DNA of 64,000 nucleotides from an uncultured Methanoregulaceae archaeon (GTDB lineage Archaea; Halobacteriota; Methanomicrobia; Methanomicrobiales; Methanospirillaceae): NCBI GenBank assembly GCA_963737635.1, contig CAVTTL010000001.1, forward strand, positions 160,001-224,000, given 5' to 3'. Of the stretch, positions 61,387 through 64,000 are shown one piece after another. The translations under genes and the position numbers were made by a program. Position 1 is the first letter of the stretch. The number at the start of each line of letters is the position of its first letter. The notes below the pieces were generated by a model that saw only the letters and a program-made list of their open reading frames with translations, was not told where the DNA came from and ran no database searches.

Positions 61387-62004
61387 TCACGGGAAGCTGA
61401 CCGCAGGAATGATATACAATACACCAACGAAAACCACGATGAGAACCGAGACGATCAGTGCACGTGCAGCCCGCTGGGTACTGAGCCCGGCATATTCGCG
61501 GATGCCAAGAACCGTCAGAATGAACGACCACACCGCAAAGAGAATCCCTATCACCGGGATCCAGCCAAAGAGCAGGGACGGGGTCACGCCATACGCGAAT
61601 CCCTTCATCGTCTGGAGAATGCCCTTTCGGCCACCAAGGATAACAACCCAGAGATGGATCCATGCACCGGCAAGGAACAGGAAAACGATCCAGTAAAGAA
61701 GGATGTTGAAAAAGACTGCACATAGAAGCCCGATCCCGCTCGGAGCCCACAACACCAGAGGTAACCCCGTCATAAGCCAGGTGTACAGCCGCAGGTGAGG
61801 TACGAGAGTAACGGAGATCGCGACAATGGCAGAATTCATACATGCGTTGAACAGGAGGAGAACGCCGAGGTAGAGACCCAGGGAATTATCGGTGCCGTCG
61901 TGAATCGTCCGGAATGTTTCGACCGGATCGAGGATGACCCCCCGGGTTCTGGCGATAATACGCTGCATCGCCATCCCCGTTTTCTGCAACCTTTTTACGG
62001 TCAT
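61387..62004 (-). CDS. Yip1-domain membrane protein
   Basis: LDPVETF, GG.KG...T...AY..TP..L.GWIP. Confidence 0.8.
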   Translation of the reverse strand: MTVKRLQKTGMAMQRIIARTRGVILDPVETFRTIHDGTDNSLGLYLGVLLLFNACMNSAIVAISVTLVPHLRLYTWLMTGLPLVLWAPSGIGLLCAVFFNILLYWIVFLFLAGAWIHLWVVILGGRKGILQTMKGFAYGVTPSLLFGWIPVIGILFAVWSFILTVLGIREYAGLSTQRAARALIVSVLIVVFVGVLYIIPAVSFP

Positions 62005-62733
62005 TTATTTCCCCGGGTAAAATACCAGTATCCCGATAACGACCAGAAAAAGGAGGGTAAGCCATGGTAGTGATAAGAACGAAGGGCTAGGTGAATAAGA
62101 TGACGACAAGAGGACTGAAGGATTGAACACGTAGATTTCGTGTTCCAGCGTTTCCGGAATAACACTCATGATGAAGGTATTCAGGAGCGTTGAGTTATCT
62201 TCCAGACGGCTCGACCCGGCCAGCCCATAATACGCGATGTAATAGCTCTCTCCGGGAAAATACCTCGTACTGAATATCACAAAATATCCTGACGTTCCAT
62301 TACTTTCATATGCCAGAACCGGAACCTGATGAACAGAGTCTTCAGCAATTTCCGGATCCGCAGACATCCGGGACAGTTCCGGGGAAATATCCAGCGTCGT
62401 ATTGGAGACCGTACCGTGCGAGGCAAGATACGCAAAGAGACCGGTCCTCTGCACGGAGAATGCAGTCCAGTCGTTGAAATACCAGCATTCAGAGACATAA
62501 TCTTCACCGGTTTTCTCATCCAGAATATTCCGAGATGCATAATACGGTGACAGAGGGGGAAATGCTGGTACCGGTTCATCGGTTACGGTAAGATACATGC
62601 GGGCAGAAATGTTGATAGTACCGAGGCTCGGCAGAAGATAAGCAGCCCTGTCTTCCAGTGGCGGAGGGGTTGCACCGGCTACTGCTACTATGAATGTGGA
62701 GAGGAAAATGAAGGCGATAAGGAGGATTACCAT
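62005..62733 (-). CDS. Secreted/anchored hypothetical protein
   Basis: Signal peptide and C-terminal TM. Confidence 0.6.
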   Translation of the reverse strand: MVILLIAFIFLSTFIVAVAGATPPPLEDRAAYLLPSLGTINISARMYLTVTDEPVPAFPPLSPYYASRNILDEKTGEDYVSECWYFNDWTAFSVQRTGLFAYLASHGTVSNTTLDISPELSRMSADPEIAEDSVHQVPVLAYESNGTSGYFVIFSTRYFPGESYYIAYYGLAGSSRLEDNSTLLNTFIMSVIPETLEHEIYVFNPSVLLSSSYSPSPSFLSLPWLTLLFLVVIGILVFYPGK

Positions 62734-62756
62734 GCCTGATTTTTGGTTAATCACAA

Positions 62757-63386
62757 TCACCACTCTCGATGAATTGAACTCAGGATCACCATTGCCGTGA
62801 CGACAATAATGGGCAGTGCTGCCGGGAGGGGGGAAGACTGGGTCGTTGGTGAGGGTTCGATTGTTCTATTTTCGTAGTATGCGCTGGATGCAACTGGAAT
62901 TGTTTGACCCGGGGAGACGGAACTACCGGATGGGAAGATGAAAAATAATTGTCCAGGGGTAAACGTTTCCAAGGGACCATAAATAAACGCCCGATATTCA
63001 TCTGGTTTGGCATCAGGAACGGGGATCTGGCGGGGACCTATACCGAACGTCTCCCACAGGGATGTAGTAACATTACAGGACCAGGTGTTGATCCCATTTT
63101 CTCCGGGTTGTATGGATACGTTTGAATGGAAAGAAGACCCGGCTCCACCGGGGTTAATATGGGTAGTTTCGATTTCAAGGATAAGAGGCCCGCTATCTGA
63201 CGGCAGACTCGTCGTCCCATTAATAAAGAATACCTCATCAATCGTGTGGTTCCCGATGGGATCGATCGTGATAAAAGGCGTTGTGATGGGCGTTATATTT
63301 CCATCATCCGCACTCACTAATGGGACAATTATTACCGCTGCAAGGAATATTGCAAACAATGTGAGAAACATAATTTTTAATTTCAT
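62757..63386 (-). CDS. Secreted/anchored protein (Methanomicrobiales ITIDPI family)
   Basis: Signal peptide, PFITIDPIGNH..GTTSLP, PTT.SSPL-TM tail. Confidence 0.65.
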   Translation of the reverse strand: MKLKIMFLTLFAIFLAAVIIVPLVSADDGNITPITTPFITIDPIGNHTIDEVFFINGTTSLPSDSGPLILEIETTHINPGGAGSSFHSNVSIQPGENGINTWSCNVTTSLWETFGIGPRQIPVPDAKPDEYRAFIYGPLETFTPGQLFFIFPSGSSVSPGQTIPVASSAYYENRTIEPSPTTQSSPLPAALPIIVVTAMVILSSIHREW

Positions 63387-63499
63387 ATCATTCGACCTTA
63401 CCTGATGGTATATTTAGTATGCGAGGCTTGTACTCAATATCGCGAACTCTAACAATTTAGATCAAAAAAATACTTATTTATTATTAATTTATTAATATT

Positions 63500-64000
63500 T
63501 TAGTGAGTGGTGAAGATAAGCGGATAGTGAATCGAATTCGGCCAATAGTTGGTATTAGCAATATTCAACGTCAAATATGGGAAGAGGGCTCTCTGATAGT
63601 CTGTAGTAATCGGTACTCGGGTAGCAATTGTTGCCATTTGTGTCATGTACGACGAAGGAATAGAATGAAGCTGGTCCAGGCATGAAACTAGGTAAACCTT
63701 GCGCCCATGATTCCAAGTAAACCTCAATTGCAACATTTGAGTTTGGCAGCCAATTTGTGGCAGTCAACGTAGCGGCGGTAGATCTGGATGTATCTTCTGT
63801 AGTTATAGTCCACGTCAATGAATTTGGGTTGTAGAGCATTTGGCCAAGAATCACATCTCCTGAAGATACCCCCGTAACATCATTGGTTTTAACATCTAAA
63901 TCCCCGTTAGTACCGTAAATAAGCCAAGATGCCATACTCCATTCGCCGGATTCGACATTCCATTGTAATACGGGTTGTATTAACACCGGCCAACTGGATC
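63500..64000 (-). CDS. Beta-rich secreted protein, 5'-partial (frameshift near 3' end)
   Basis: LIQPVLQW motif, V.SGD.I.G; concanavalin/peptidase G1-like pattern. Confidence 0.5.

Overview
This is an archaeal chromosome segment, most likely from a Methanomicrobiales methanogen (Methanoregula-like). That call rests on mmp10, F420:NADP reductase, AglJ, Dsr-LP, an intron-containing tRNA-Met and rtcB/archease. Many single-base frameshifts in essential genes suggest an error-prone long-read assembly. Core blocks are the 3' part of mmp10, pycAB with an ECF biotin transporter and birA, rtcB-archease, secFD, trx-npdG, aglJ and moeA. There are four accessory elements. (1) A RelE-type TA cassette bracketed by a 105-bp duplication of the mmp10 3' end. 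(2) A complete 4.1-kb cargo transposon (9806-13932) with a SWIM-finger/DDE transposase, 14-bp TIRs, a 9-13-bp TSD and arrayed subterminal 12-mers. It carries two uncharacterised multi-winged-helix genes and an uncalled Zn-ribbon micro-ORF, and sits between the birA stop and a BirA operator. (3) A 27-47 kb patchwork with three copies of a 27-bp palindrome module, relics of a methyltransferase gene, AbiE/HicB/VapC TA genes or relics, and a stand-alone RNase III domain. (4) An AT-rich defence island (~47.5-61.2 kb) with class 2 DISARM, whose drmC is reduced to a 47-codon relic, plus vsr and a convergent PRTase / AAA+ ATPase / tandem CARF-like operon. All calls come from motif reading; no database searches were run.
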